Shown here one piece after another: positions 41,482 to 54,858 of a stretch of 64,000 nucleotides of DNA. Under the pieces are notes generated by a model. That model did not search any database and had not been told where the DNA came from. It saw nothing but the letters and a program-made list of their open reading frames with translations. The position numbers were made by a program, and so were the translations under genes. The stretch covers positions 37,259,876 to 37,323,875 of the forward strand of contig NC_068990.1 in assembly GCF_001194135.2 (NCBI RefSeq), in the 5' to 3' direction. Position 1 is the stretch's first letter; the number at the start of each line of letters is the position of its first letter. This DNA is from Octopus bimaculoides (taxonomy: Eukaryota).

Positions 41482-42193
41482 CTGTGAAAGATTAATTCAA
41501 ACAAATTCAGCACAATAACAGCTTTAGCACCACCACCACCATCATCACTGTCACCACATTCACCGCCACCACCAACAGCAGCTGCAGTAGAACAGATAAC
41601 CACAAGCAAGAATGACTAGATAAATATAATTACAATAATATTATAATCATGTTAAAAATAATGAATGATGATGATGATGATGATAGTGATAACGATGGCA
41701 TCTAATTTAGACTCAAAACCAGCAATTTGGTAGGAGACAAGGTTAGTTGATATCAGCAACTCCAGATCTCAACAGGAACTCTATTTTATCAACTCTGGAG
41801 GGTGGAAATGCAATATTGACTTCAGCAGGATTTGAACTCAGAATGTAAAGAACCAGAATATATAACACAAAGCACTTTTATTGATGCTCTAATTGATTTT
41901 GCCTGATTGCTGCTATAATAATAATAATTCAAAAGATAGTGCTCATGGGAACTGTCCATATTCTACGCAAAATACTTTCTATGTAATCTCAAATTTTAAA
42001 ACAAACAATTTTCTTATGGTTTCAAACATTCCCTAGAACAACACTATGTACAAAACCAAATATATTGCACCCTAGGCATAAAACCAACATGAACTTCTAA
42101 CTTGTTTTTTGAGGTCTCTGGGTGAGACTTGGAGCCAACTTGTACAAATGTAAAGCAAAAGTCAAACATAAAATAATAATAATAATAATAATC

Positions 42194-42237
<44 letters not shown>

Positions 42238-42409
42238 CTTTCCTAGTAAATATACAAGGCCAGAAATTTGGGGAGAGAGGGTGAGTCAGTTATACCAAAC
42301 CCAAAAGATTAAAAGGCAAATTTAACCACAGCAGAATTTAAAATCAGAGCATAGTGGCAGATGGAAAACTGCTAAGCATTCCACCAGGCTTCTGCCAGAT
42401 TGTCTTGGT

Positions 42410-42890
42410 GTAAAAGATGGACTACAGCAAATATTCTGCTCAGTACCACAGATTTGCTTGTCAGATGCTTGACCTTAACCAAGTGAGCACATCCCTTAGT
42501 GGCTGATGATATGATATGTGCATCTCTGATCATGAGCAGGTGCAGAGCTTCATGGCCTTTTGTTGAGAGAAAATTTTGGGGGTTTGAATTAGTTACCTCT
42601 AGGTGCATAGATGTTTTGTTCATCCTCCTTAAACAACCCTTGTTCAAGGACCTTTCGGTGGGATGGGATACTCAACCCAAAGGAAATTGCAACTGAGCCC
42701 CACATGCCCTGTTATCTTGGTATGAGATCACCATGTCACGCACATATGGTTGTGATACATGTGTCTGGTGTACCCTTGTCAGACGGGTAGTCATGATGGG
42801 TATATTGGGCTTTGCATATTTTACTCCGGTGTCACTTTGATGACATGCGCTGTTCTAGCACTCAATAACAATAATAATAATAATAATGAC
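42410..42890 (+). mobile_element. Dispersed repeat ending in an (AAT)n tail, probably a LINE 3' UTR or LINE-dependent SINE
   Basis: GC-richer unique block ending gtcactttgatgacatgcgctgttctagcactcaataacaataataat; no ORF. Confidence 0.45.
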
Positions 42891-43131
42891 TTTACACATA
42901 ACTCTAGGGTAGGGTAGATGTGATAAAAAATAAAGGGGATAATAACAAGAAATAATAAGCAACATTGCTAAAGTACCTATATTGGTATTTTTATTCCTTC
43001 GTATTACAGTCCAGGTAAAAATGCACTGGAGTCTTTAGACATCTGTCAAGTCACAAGGACCTCAGATTATTATTATTTTTATTTTTATTATATTTTAAAA
43101 AGGATTGACGTAACTCTTCACAAAGGTAAAC

Positions 43132-43230
43132 AGTCAAGACGAAGAGCGCGATTCGATTGTAGGATATTTTATTAGTTGAAGTTCAACTAATAAAATAACT
43201 CACAATCGAATCATGCTCTTCGTCTTGACT
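43132..43230. repeat. Near-perfect 99-bp palindrome (49-bp arms, 1-nt centre)
   Basis: 43132-43180 versus the reverse complement of 43182-43230: 44/49 identical. Confidence 0.92.
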
Positions 43231-45322
43231 ATTATTATTATTATTACTATCAGTATTATTATTACCATTATTATTATTATTGTTGTTGTTGTTGTTGTCT
43301 GCAATTCAGTGATGAATGCATTATCACTGCTATTATAAATGCAACAACAGCTGCTAACTTCACCACCACTAAAATTACATTCCAGCAAATATTTCAAAAT
43401 TTAAAATAAAAGTAAAGAAACATCTTTCCTTTAATGATGATGATGATGATGTTGATGACCATGATAATTGCAATAGCAATGATGATTATGATTAACAATG
43501 ATAGCAACATATATTTGACATCTCCCCGCTCACTTCTTTTAATTCTAATTTTGTATTATATATTAATCACTCGTGTTTGTTTTTCTGAATTTTTTCCTAA
43601 ATGCTAGACAAATTTTGATCATTTGTTATTTCATATTTTTTTTTTTTACCATTGTCTGAATTTTTCCATCATTTCATTTAAGGGTGGGACGACAGACAGT
43701 ATCATTGGAGAATCAGACAAATATTTAACTTCAATTCCTGCTATGGACAACTTTGCCTGTAGTCAATAAAATACAACACCACTCAAGGACTGGTTTTGAT
43801 ATATCTTTATATTTGAAGCCCTGAGACTTTGTTAGAAACATTATTGTAATTATAATTAAATTTGGTAATTTCACAGATGAAAGGCATTATTGTCTTCAGT
43901 CTCTTTACATTTCGGCATCAATACCCTTTGAGGTCAAATTTGTTTCTGCATTCTTATGGAAGCTGATAAGAGTAATCAAATTCTAAGCTTTGATATAAAT
44001 TATGGTACCTTTCTTTCTTCCACAATTTATAACATTATGTCTGCATTAGAACGAATGACTTTCTTGTTGAAGGGACAAGTTCTGTTGAATAAGTGGCCCA
44101 TATTCTACTAAAATCTATTTGAGGAGATCAGGAGATTTTGTGGCTGATGATATGCAGGCATCCACTGAAGCTGAGGAGAAGTTCTTGGAGAGTTTCTTGG
44201 ATGACAAAGATGCACCATGTCGTTTTTATTTCTTTGCTTTTTTTGGCTGAGTTGCGTTCTTGGTCAAGTGCAAACTAAGTTTGGGCATTTGGAACTCGCT
44301 ACATTCAATCAGGGAGAAAACGTGACTTATGAAACTTCAACAATTGTCTTTGAATTTAGCCCTAGACCAATTAAAATCTTCTGAATGTATCTGATAGTTC
44401 AAAACAAGAAAAAGCCTATTCTATATATGCTTGTGTGTGTGTGTGTGTTCACGCATGCAGACCCATACGTGTGTATGGGTCTGCATGCATGCATTAGTCT
44501 GCATGTGTGTATTAGTGTCCCCTTGCCTAGAGATTGTGTACTAATCATAGAAACAATAGAAATAATGTCATTTGTTTGCAATCTTCTATAAAAACCTGTC
44601 ATGCCATTGAACTGTTCCTACTCAAAGAACTAAGGGAAATATTACCTTGCTTGGAAGCAGGTGAATGTTGAGGATTGAGAGAGCATTCAGCTGTAGAAAA
44701 TCAGCCTTAAATGAATTTTGTCTAGTCTACACAAGCATGGAAAAGTCGATGTTAAAATAGGGATAATGATGATGATGACAATGGTGATGATGATGATGAC
44801 ATCAACGATGATGACAACAACAATGAAGGTGGTGGCAGCAGTAAGTAGCAGACATGACGGTGATGGCGGTGGTGATGACGACGACGACGACGACGATAAT
44901 GATGTTAATCTCACTTTTATTCATGAATCCCCTGACTAATTCTGTTTGTTGTTTCCTTTCGTATTTCAACTTTGTACTGTCCCCACTCTCTTGGACCCTC
45001 GTGCCCAATGACAGAAAACCTTATTACTATTATTATTATTGTCATGATTAATAAAGTAAAGATTATCATTGCCATTGTTGTTGATGATGATGATGCTTAT
45101 GACATTGTTGTTGTTTATGTTACTTTATATTTAGGCTTCTCATTCAATATTCTACTCAACTAATTCACTTCAGTACTGTCATCTGTTTGAAATAAAGAAA
45201 TAGGGGTCTGTCTGCATTGATTCATAAGTGGAATATGCATGAGAGCAAATATATGCTGTGCTTTAAATAATAAAAATAAAATCCTAATAAATACAGTGCA
45301 GTGATTTATAGCATTACTTTAC

Positions 45323-45370
45323 ATGGCAAAACAGATAGAATATAAAGTGCACTGTTTAAATATTTAACAT
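45323..45370 (-). CDS. Candidate exon (D)VKYLNSALYILSVLP (phase 1 to 1)
   Basis: Acceptor ttttaatattttccag| and donor |gtaaag; 48 nt, open in the required phase. Confidence 0.55.
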
Positions 45371-45408
45371 CTGGAAAATATTAAAATAACAGCAAAAAAA
45401 AAATTATA

Positions 45409-45624
45409 CTCTCTTTTACTTGTTTCAATCATTTGACTGTGGCCATGCTGGAGCACCACCTTCAGTCGAGCAAATCGACCCCAGGACTTATTCTTTGGAA
45501 GCCTAGTATTTATTCTATCGGTCTCTTTTTGCTGAACCGCTAAGTTACGGGGACGTAAACACAACAGCATCGGTTGTCAAGCGATGGTGGGGGGACAAAC
45601 ACAGACACACAAACACACATACAA

Positions 45625-45657
<33 letters not shown>

Positions 45658-45818
45658 TACGACTGGCTTCTTTCAGTTTCCGTCTACCAAATCCACCCAC
45701 AAGGCTTTGGTCGGCCCGAGGCTATAGTAGAAGACACTTGCCCAAGATGTCACGCAGTTGGGCTGAACCCGAAACCATGTGGTTGGTAAGCAAGCTACTT
45801 ACCACACAGCCGCTCCTA
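45409..45818 (-). mobile_element. Full-length SINE family A
   Basis: Reverse complement of the complete family-A structure, from the tail (ctcttttacttgtttc) to the head (ttaccacacagccgctcct). Confidence 0.92.
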
Positions 45819-45844
45819 TGTCTAGATGATACATATGTATAAAC

Positions 45845-45965
45845 AACAAGCAGGTATATTAGTTTAATGTTTGGGAAGGTGAGAGAGTCTTTTATGTTTT
45901 GAGCCTATGCTCTTCAACAGAAAGGAACACATGGAAATAAACAGAGGGAATAAAAAAAAACTTGT
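45845..45965 (-). mobile_element. Penelope-type terminal fragment with a decayed hammerhead-like motif; opposite-orientation copy at 61865-62015, partial copy at 27795-27880
   Basis: Minus strand: ctttCTGTTGAaGAGCatagGCTCaaaacataaaag; the 61921 copy reads ctttCGGTTGAgGAGCgtagGCTC followed by a deletion. Confidence 0.55.
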
Positions 45966-46438
45966 GGAGCTCTACTCAATATTTAAACACACTAATTGAC
46001 ATATACTTTTTGTCCAAATTATTTACTATTATTATTATTATTATAAACACACATGCATATATATCATTGATACTATGCAAAAGTGTCATAAGTCCAAAAT
46101 GTTGCCTTTTCAGAAAATGAAAAAATAGTTTCCCCATTGCATTTCTTTTTACATTAGCAACAGTTTCAGTTTAGCAATAATACTTTGTTGGGTGCATAAA
46201 ATCATAACTCCATGCATGTATGATATTTTCAGTCAGAAATATTTTTGAAAAACTGCTGTATTTGGGGCTTACTACACTTTTGGAAAATGCTAATTCGTTG
46301 CACTACACTTTGACAATTTTCATCTGAAGTAGCTGGATATACAATAATTTGACCAAAAGAACCGGCTATTGCAATCAAAATTAAATATTGCAAAAGAACA
46401 CATTTGGTCAAATTTGGATGTATAACATAATAGCAACG

Positions 46439-46471
<33 letters not shown>

Positions 46472-46879
46472 ACTTGGGGGAGGTAAAAGGAGTAGGGGAC
46501 GACTGATTGTGCAGAAAAAGGTGGAGAGACCACCAGAATAGTAATGATGATACAGTTGAGAGATGATGTGGCTGGGGAAGTTGCAGGAATGTAGAGGGAA
46601 GAGAGGAACAAGCATTGTGCATGAGCAGAGTAAGAGATATGTGATGATGGAGAAGGGGAGGTAATTTGGTAGCTTAGTTGAGGTGGGCACAATCAGTATT
46701 ACTGGATGAGAAATGGGTAACAAGTGAAACGGTTTTGGGTAGCAAGAAAAATTAATGGCATCCAGGAAGAGCTGCAGTTAGAGGTGATGTATGATGGGAG
46801 TATTTTGTGGAGAAAAGTGGCCAGTGTGTCCAATTGTGCATACATATACACAAACAGCACACCCAGAACTCAGTTTCAC

Positions 46880-47130
46880 TGAGATGCGTAGGATTTCTCA
46901 AGAACCACATACTACAAGTTATCCTGGTCCATTGTCACCTCTTCCATATGGCTCAAGGTTCTGAAATCAAACTTCACTTATTCATCCCATGTCTTCTTAG
47001 GTCTCCTGCTTCTGTAAGCCCCATCCACATTAAATGATTGAGAATTCTTTATATGGCTACATCTTTGCTAATTTACCTTAAGAACTTCTCGGTTCTAGGT
47101 TTTGTTTCCATACCTAGAATTTCATCTCTA
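46880..47130 (-). pseudogene. RTE-clade LINE 3' end relic
   Basis: NVDGAYRSRRPKKTWDE*VKFDFRTLSHMEEVTMDQDNL*YVVLEKS resembles the RTE RT C-terminus (GxRxRGRPxKTW...D...T.DR..W). Confidence 0.65.
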
Positions 47131-47394
47131 ATTTCTCGACAGATTAAGTTACATGAAGCAGAACATCAGTATTTAGGAGGCTCTATAGGAACGTCCCTCA
47201 TAACACCCTCTGTGGTAGCCTGGAGCTATCACACAATTTCCATTTACTAAATTCAGCTTGGAGGGTATTTGTCAGCATGAGTTTACAGAAGAATGACTCT
47301 TCACCGAAATGTTACACAGAAGGATCGAACTCAGAAACGGAAGGCTGCAAAGGAAACGTTTTAATTGCACAGCCATGGCTTTTTAAACAATAAC

Positions 47395-47474
47395 CTGTAT
47401 GCTTCAATGTATCAAAGATGACTTTGTCACTGAATTCACTTGATAATTTGATATACATTAAGAAAGAAGAAGCA
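47395..47474 (-). CDS. Candidate exon ASSFLMYIKLSSEFSDKVIFDTLKHT (phase 2 to 1)
   Basis: Acceptor tattttcctgccag| and donor CAG|gttatt; 80 nt, open, protein-like. Confidence 0.55.
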
Positions 47475-47528
47475 CTGGCAGGAAAATATATATATGTATA
47501 TATGTGAATAAACATACACACACATATA

Positions 47529-47577
<49 letters not shown>

Positions 47578-48974
47578 ATGTATATACTTAAACACATGAA
47601 GGATAAATTATATATACCTTTTACACACTAATCAGATAATGTTGCCAAATTTCTTCATCTCTCTCCGTATACTTTTATTTTACTTTCATTTCTTTGATTT
47701 TTGTTTTTTTTTATATTTGCTTTTTGTTTTGTTTTACTTTCATTTCTTTATCATCAAACAATATCTAACAATATGTTAATATGTAAAAATTAAATATCGA
47801 ATGATTAAATAGGAGTAGAAGGAGTACGCGGCTCTTTTTTTTTTTATTCATTTATTTATATATACATTTCCGAGTTTGTCATATTAAAAAAGAAAGCTTT
47901 GTGCTCACATAATAATTTTATTGTTTTAGTCATTTATTCCTTCATTCTTTAATTCTGTTCACATGATATCAACGTTTTTTTTAATTCATTTATTCCTTTG
48001 ATCTTTTATTCCCTTTTTTCATTAAGCTAACACAATGCGACAATATAAAAGCAGAAGAAAAAGTCTTTCAGGAGAAAGTCTATCCTTTTTCTTAATCTCA
48101 GTCTTTTTATAATCTACAGAACATCTTTTCTTCACAGACACACATATTACATATATCATACATACATCTACATATTTTATATATATACTTTATATATAAT
48201 ATATGTATATATATATATATATATATTTAATATATATAGATATATATATATAAATAAATATATGCATATATGTGTGTGAATATAGATATAGGTATGTGTG
48301 TGTATATATATATAAATATATATACGTATACACACAAATATATGCATATATGTATATATATTTAACTATGTATATAAATATATATCTATACATTCATATG
48401 TGTATGTATGTATGTATATATATATGCATACATATATATCTTGTAACATCTTATATAGAGAGCAGTATAATCTTTTATTTTATTACAGTATTCATGTTTT
48501 TCTTTTCATCCATTTATACTTTTATTCTTTTATTCTGTTATTCATTTAGCTAACATGCTGTTAAATTATGAAAGTGCCATGAAATGTTATGTCCTACACC
48601 ATAACACTTAATCAAGGGGCTTTTAGGGATAATTAATTGAATAGTTACAGTTTTTTTATATTTCATCATTCTCTCCTCGTCCCATTCTCCTATTCGTTTA
48701 CACCGTTATTCATTTAGCTTTTTACATAATTTATTTTCTTCCCCTTGCATCATGTTAATGTAATTTCAGCCATTTCATTTTATTTCTACCGTCACTGCTG
48801 CCACCACCTCCAACACCATCACTACCACTACCATCTCACCTCAACACCAATGTAAAGATTTACAAACCTTGTATGAGAAATGGATTTCCTTTTTAAAATA
48901 GGCATAAAATCAATTGCATAGGACTGCATAGGCATTTTGGCAAAAGAGAACTTCTAATTCAATAATGTTGGTAC

Positions 48975-49080
48975 CAAACGACCAGTGAATATACCGATTG
49001 TCGTAGATGATCATGAGTTTGGAACAGAAGTTCCTTGCTCAAATTCAGTGCGGACTCATGTGTGACATGAAATAATATTT
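48975..49080 (-). CDS. Candidate exon (E)ILFHVTHESALNLSKELLFQTHDHLRQSVYSLVV (phase 1 to 2)
   Basis: Acceptor ttttttagtag|; donor |gtacca (alternative |gtatat at 48994); open and protein-like. Confidence 0.55.
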
Positions 49081-49325
49081 CTACTAAAAAATGACCAAGA
49101 TATGGTATACGTATGAATATTGGTTTCAAATTTTGGCACAAGTCCAGCAGTTTTGAGGAAGGGGTTGAATCGATTAAATTAACCTCAGTGCTCAACTGGT
49201 TCTTGTTCTATTGACTTCAAAATGATGAAAGGAAAAGTAAGCCCCAGCAGAATTTTAACTTAGAACATGAAGACAGATGAAATACCACTAAGCATTTCAT
49301 CTGTCTATTTTATAGATATTCAAAA

Positions 49326-49556
49326 AGCATGGCTGTGTGGTAAGATGTTTGTTTATTGACCACATGGTTTCTGGTTCAGTCCCACTGTGTGGTACCTCAG
49401 CCAAGCATCTTCTACTGTAGCCATGGACTGACCAAAGCCTTGTGAGTGGATTTGGTAGATGGAAACTGAAAGAGACTAATTGTGTGTATGTCAGTGTGTA
49501 TTTATGTATACCTATATGTATGTGCACATATTATAAATACATATGTGTGTGTGTAC

Positions 49557-49600
<44 letters not shown>

Positions 49601-49978
49601 GTAGTAAGTAGCTTGCTTACCAACAACATGGCTCTGAGTTCAGTCCTACTACGTTGCACCTTGGTTAAGTGTCTTCTACTATAGCCCCAGTTTAACCAAA
49701 GCCTTGTGAATGCATTTGGTAGATGGAAACTGAAAGAAGCCTATCGTACATATATATGAGTGCGTGCATGTTAGTGTGTTTGTTCCCTCCTCCCTTCACA
49801 GTTTGGCAACTGGTGTTGATGTCATATCCCTGTTAATTGGTAATTCAACAAAAGAAACTGATAAGTATCAGGCTTAAAAAAGTTAGTGCTGAAGCAGACT
49901 AATCTAAATAAAAATTTTCAAGGCAGTGCCCCAGCATGGCCACAGTCTAATAGCTGAAACATGTAAAAAATAAAAGAT
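49326..49978 (+). mobile_element. Two adjacent family-A SINEs (49326-49480 5' half; 49601-49978 near full length)
   Basis: gcatggctgtgtggtaagatg...ggttcagtcccactg...; agcttgcttac...gccccagcatggccacagtc...aaaagataa. Confidence 0.8.
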
Positions 49979-51849
49979 AATTGGCTGGATGATCTCACTC
50001 TACTATCTCTCTTTCCTATTCTCTGTTCTGCCCCCCCCCCTCTCTCTCTCTCACACTTCATGCATCATTGATCATGGATTCAGGTCCTCCTGGTATGCTT
50101 TAAACTTAACATGTTATTTGGCTATTCTTGCTGAAGCCTGTTGGTCAAGTCATTGAGTATCTTCTCTCTGTGTCTTTGCAACTCCAGAATTTTAATTACA
50201 TGGTGACCAATAAACTTAGAATGTTGTTTATTATATCAACCACTAATCTCTAATATATGGGCATTGAAAACTAATCTTGATTGCAATTAATGATTTAAAA
50301 ATTTCCTATCAGACTCTGGGTGCACTTTTGGGACCAGTATTTTGTCCAAGATTCATGGTGCGTAACAAAGCAACCAGAGATAAAACTATCTCGCATAGAT
50401 TTTCATCTCTCATTAGGTGCTAATCTATGATAGCTATCATTCTCCATCTGAATTAATATTTATTCCAGATGACCAGGTAAAAAGAAGCAAATTTAAAAAA
50501 TTAGACAATAACACACGTGTTGAAAATATTGGTTTCACATGTGGCACAAGGCGAGCAATTTCAGAGGAGTGGCTAAGTAGATTACATCAATCTCAGTGCT
50601 CAACTGGTACCTATTTTATTGACACGGAAAAGATGAAAGGCAAAGTCGACCTGGGTGGAATTTGAACTCAGAACTGTTAGCATACTGAGAAAAATGCTTA
50701 GCCCTGGGTTAGCCATTAATTAAAAGCATTCCAGACATGACCATCTTATGTGTTTTGTGAATATGTAAACTGCATTCTTTGATGAATGTTTCCTTAAAGA
50801 GACAAAATGGCTGACTGTTTAATTGAGGGAAGTTTGGCTGTTACTTCTCATAGGTTGAGCAATTTTTAGAGATTTCATGTTGTTATTGTTGTTGTCTTGT
50901 TGCTCCATAAATACAGTAATTGGTGATTTAGTAGAATTTGAACTTAAGACATAGGAATACAAGCCTAAGTAATTGCAAGGTGACATGTTATGACAATAAG
51001 AAGAAGGATTTGCATCAGCCTCAGTATGATCAATTTTAAAGTCAACCCTCACCTGATTTGAACTGCAAACATAGATATTATTGAATATCACAAGCCATTT
51101 TCCTGACACTTTACTAATTGTGAGATCAATGTCTCTTCATAATTATTTCAGATTTCAGTACAAGACCAAATATTTGGAGGATGTTCTCAATAACATCAAC
51201 ATTAGTAAAATAATAGTAATGAGGAGAGAGAGAGAGTGTGTCTTACAATGCAAAAAGGGACAATTAAGTAACTTAAATATTTCAGGCACAAAGACTCATC
51301 AGAAATAAACGTTTTAAAGAAATGTAAGTTTATATAGATTCTGCCATGCTGGTTCCTATAGTCTGTGACTTCCATCAAAAGCATTTAGTCATAAGGAATT
51401 ATTACCTTATTTGGAAACTGGTCAGGACTGGTGACAGAAATGACAACTTATAGAAAAATTTGCCTCAAAAAATTGTCCAACCCATGCAATGATTAAAAAA
51501 TTGGACTCTAAATAATGATGATGATGATGATGACAACGACGACGACGGTGGGGATGACGATGATGATGACTGTAGTGATGATGGTGGTGATGTTGATGAT
51601 CTATTCCAATGTCTGAAAATTCCTGCTCAACCATTTTATTCATTGACTCACAAAAGGATAAAAAGTAGGGTTGACCTTGGTGATATTTGAACTTAGAATG
51701 CAGAGAGGTGAAACGAACAGCATAAGGTATCTCTTGCTCTACTCTCACAACCCATTCCAGTTCCTTTATCTAATATTTGACTGTGGTGTTCATAAAAAAA
51801 CGTAAATAACAACAACAACAACAGGGACAATAAGTATGCTGACAGCTGC

Positions 51850-52490
51850 AAAAACAAAGAGCAATAGAGAACATCAGAAAAGTCAAGAGTGGCTACAACA
51901 ACAACAACAACAGCAGCAGCAGTAACAAGTGCACTAATAACAACAACATTGGCAGCTGCAGTATTAAGTGCATTATAACAACAACAAAAACAGCAACAAC
52001 AAGAATAATAAGATAAGCAACCGCAACAACAAGGCACTGATGAGAACAATATTAACAAAAACAAGAGCAAGACTTAAATCAACGGGAGGGAAAAAATTAA
52101 TAGAGATACTGAATAAGAAATGCAACAACAATTTCTACAATATAAGCAGTAGCAACAATAATAGCAAACATAATACCGACAAGGATAATAACAACAACAT
52201 CAAAAAGCAATAAGAAAACAGCGATTTAAAAAACATATTAATGATAAAATAATAACGGAATCAATAACAACAACAACAACAGTGACACCAACAGCAATAA
52301 CATCAACAACAATGAATAAACAGAACAATATTAAAGATTATAATAACAACAATGATATTTGATATTTAAGATAAAACAACATGAGAGGAAGGAGGAGATG
52401 ATGGTGGTGGTGACGATGATAATGAAGAAGAAGAAGGCGAAGAAGAAGAAAAGGAAAAAGAAGAGGAGAAAGGAGAAAAAGAAGAAATTT
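51850..52490 (+). repeat. Degenerate (AAC/AAT/GAA)n trinucleotide region
   Basis: Directly visible. Confidence 0.85.
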
Positions 52491-53010
52491 TAGTCTCAAT
52501 ATATTATTTTCATCTCATACTTCTTCCTCACACTATCACCCACTCTTTTTCTTTTCTTAGACTGTCACCCTTCTCACTCTCTCTTACATACATATATGTG
52601 AGTGTATGCATGCATGTGTGCATATATATATATATATATATACACACATACATATATGCACATGCACGCACACACATTAACTGTCAGATGAATGTAAGTT
52701 AAAACTTAGAAATTACTGTCAACCATCTCCTTGTAAAACCTTAAAAATATACAACTTGATACAAAATTAAACATTAATGTGTATGCCACAGAACCTCCCA
52801 AGACTACAAACCATTAATTATGTATCATTCTAGCATAATGATATTACTAATGATGACACTCATGCAATATCACTATATCAATACATGTAATCACTTTAAG
52901 CCATGAGCCCTTTAGCATGTTCAACCTTATAGGAGTTAAAGACAATACAAAATAACAAGACTCCAAGATATGAAAGATTCTAGGACAACATAAATATCGA
53001 GCATATATAC

Positions 53011-53060
53011 CCATCATCAGCTGCCTGATGGATATCACGATGGTTTTGATACCATTCAAT
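53011..53060 (-). CDS. Candidate exon LNGIKTIVISIRQLMM (phase 2 to 1); alternative frame IEWYQNHRDIHQAADDG
   Basis: Acceptor ttttaatgcttttgacactgccag| and donor |gtatat; 50 nt, two frames open. Confidence 0.5.
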
Positions 53061-54810
53061 CTGGCAGTGTCAAAAGCATTAAAAATACAAACTGTGATAC
53101 TCACAAGTACAAAAAGCAAAACAACCAGAATTTACAAACGTCATAGATTTCAAATGAGAGTATCCTTGTCTCACATTCAGTTTCCCTGCACTTGTAAACA
53201 TGTACACATGCATGCACATACTCACTTCCACACACACATATGCATATACATAATTGGGTGGCTGGACTAGTTATGGATTGTGTTGTACTTGCTTACATGA
53301 GTACTACAACCAGAGCTCTGGTTATCATCTGTGTGTGTGTGTGTGTGTGCGCATGTGTACAAACACACTTAGTAATTTCTGTAAATATAATTTTTCTGAT
53401 GTCTTTCATATCACTAAAATTTCTCTCATTCTCCATTAGCATCTGTAACTCCCTGTCTTCCTCTTTTTACCATCACCTGTAACTATCAGTCTCTCTCTCT
53501 CTCTCATGTACTCTCTCTCTTAACTCTCTTTCCCCATTCTGTTCCTCTGCCTCTCTCTCTATATATGTGTGTGTGAGTGTTAGTATTTGCATGTGCATGT
53601 GTGTGACTCTTCTCTCTATGATTCTTTATTTCTTCTTCATTTTGTCTCTTTTTTTTCTCCCTCTCTTTCTGCTTCCTTTCCAACATTATGCCATCTTCCC
53701 TATCTCCGTGCTTTCCCTCATCACTTTGTTTCTTTCCAGTTATCACAACACATTACTCTTTTTTCCTACTCCTCATGCCACTCTTCCTCACTCCCCTTCG
53801 CTCTTCTACTCCTCTCCTATTCTAAACCTCACAAAAATCTTCTTTCTTACTCCCATCTCTTTACTTAATCTCCAACATTGATCTCATCCTTCTCCCAACT
53901 CTCCATTCTATATTTTTACTCCTCCAGGCTTTCTACTTCATTGCTCTCTTTGTTTATCTCCATACTTACTCTCACTTTTTTGTTTTTGTACATCCTACTC
54001 TAACTTCCCCTCACATTCCCTAATCCCTTTATTTTCTAATTCTGCAACCTTCTCCGTGTAGTTCTGGTTCTTCCCCTCCATCTTATTCTATTAACTTACA
54101 ATTTTTTTTTATCATACTTCACTCTCTAAGCCACTATAGTTCTCAATCCTCTATAGTGCCCACCCCTCTATAGTTATCACCCTTTCTCCTTTAAAGCTTT
54201 TCTTTCCCCCTACCTCCATACTCATATTTCTGATATCTTCAACCAACTTCACCCCTCACTCCACCTCCATGATATTTTTTCATTAAGATCCTCCTTTAAA
54301 GCCTTTATCTTTTACTATCCCTCTTTACTGTCCTTTTCTATACTATCAAGCATTTATGCGTCTCTTATCCATTATCTCCTCTTCACTTCTACGCTTTAAT
54401 CCTTCCATGACCATGCATTTCCTCACCTTTATTTCATCACCCTCCCACTTTTCCCTCTCCCAACATCAGCAGCTGACCCGACGGGTGATTCCTCTGTCTT
54501 ATTTCCTACTATCCCTCCATATTCTCCTCCAGCCATCACCAACTGACTATTGCTAAGTGATGCCTCTCCCATAATAAATAATATATAACATACATATATA
54601 TATATATATATATATGCATATATGGTTACAGGAAGTCGACAACTGTGCAAATAACATGAAATACGTAAATAAATGAGGGAAAATGAGCGAAATACACAAA
54701 CAAGAAAAAAAGGAAAACAGGACAAGTTAACACGGAGAAAGGACCCTTCATCAGTTGTCGGCTGTCTATTTACTCCTCATTTCAAGCATTCAACGACATA
54801 TATATATATA

Positions 54811-54858
<48 letters not shown>

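Noticed and set aside
44089-44250. Open stretch ...SGDFVADDMQASTEAEEKFLESFLDDKDAPCRFYF on the plus strand
   Set aside because: No start codon, splice boundaries or recognisable motif; possibly a LINE ORF1 relic, but unsupported.
50050-50260. Possible Gypsy RT relic on the minus strand (LVFN..., KFIGH..., EKI)
   Set aside because: The motifs are too short and degenerate to tell apart from chance.
51286-51323. Plus-strand exon-like segment tttcag|...|gtaagt (AQRLIRNKRFKE or HKDSSEINVLKK)
   Set aside because: Good splice signals, but no phase-consistent plus-strand chain could be built; unresolved.
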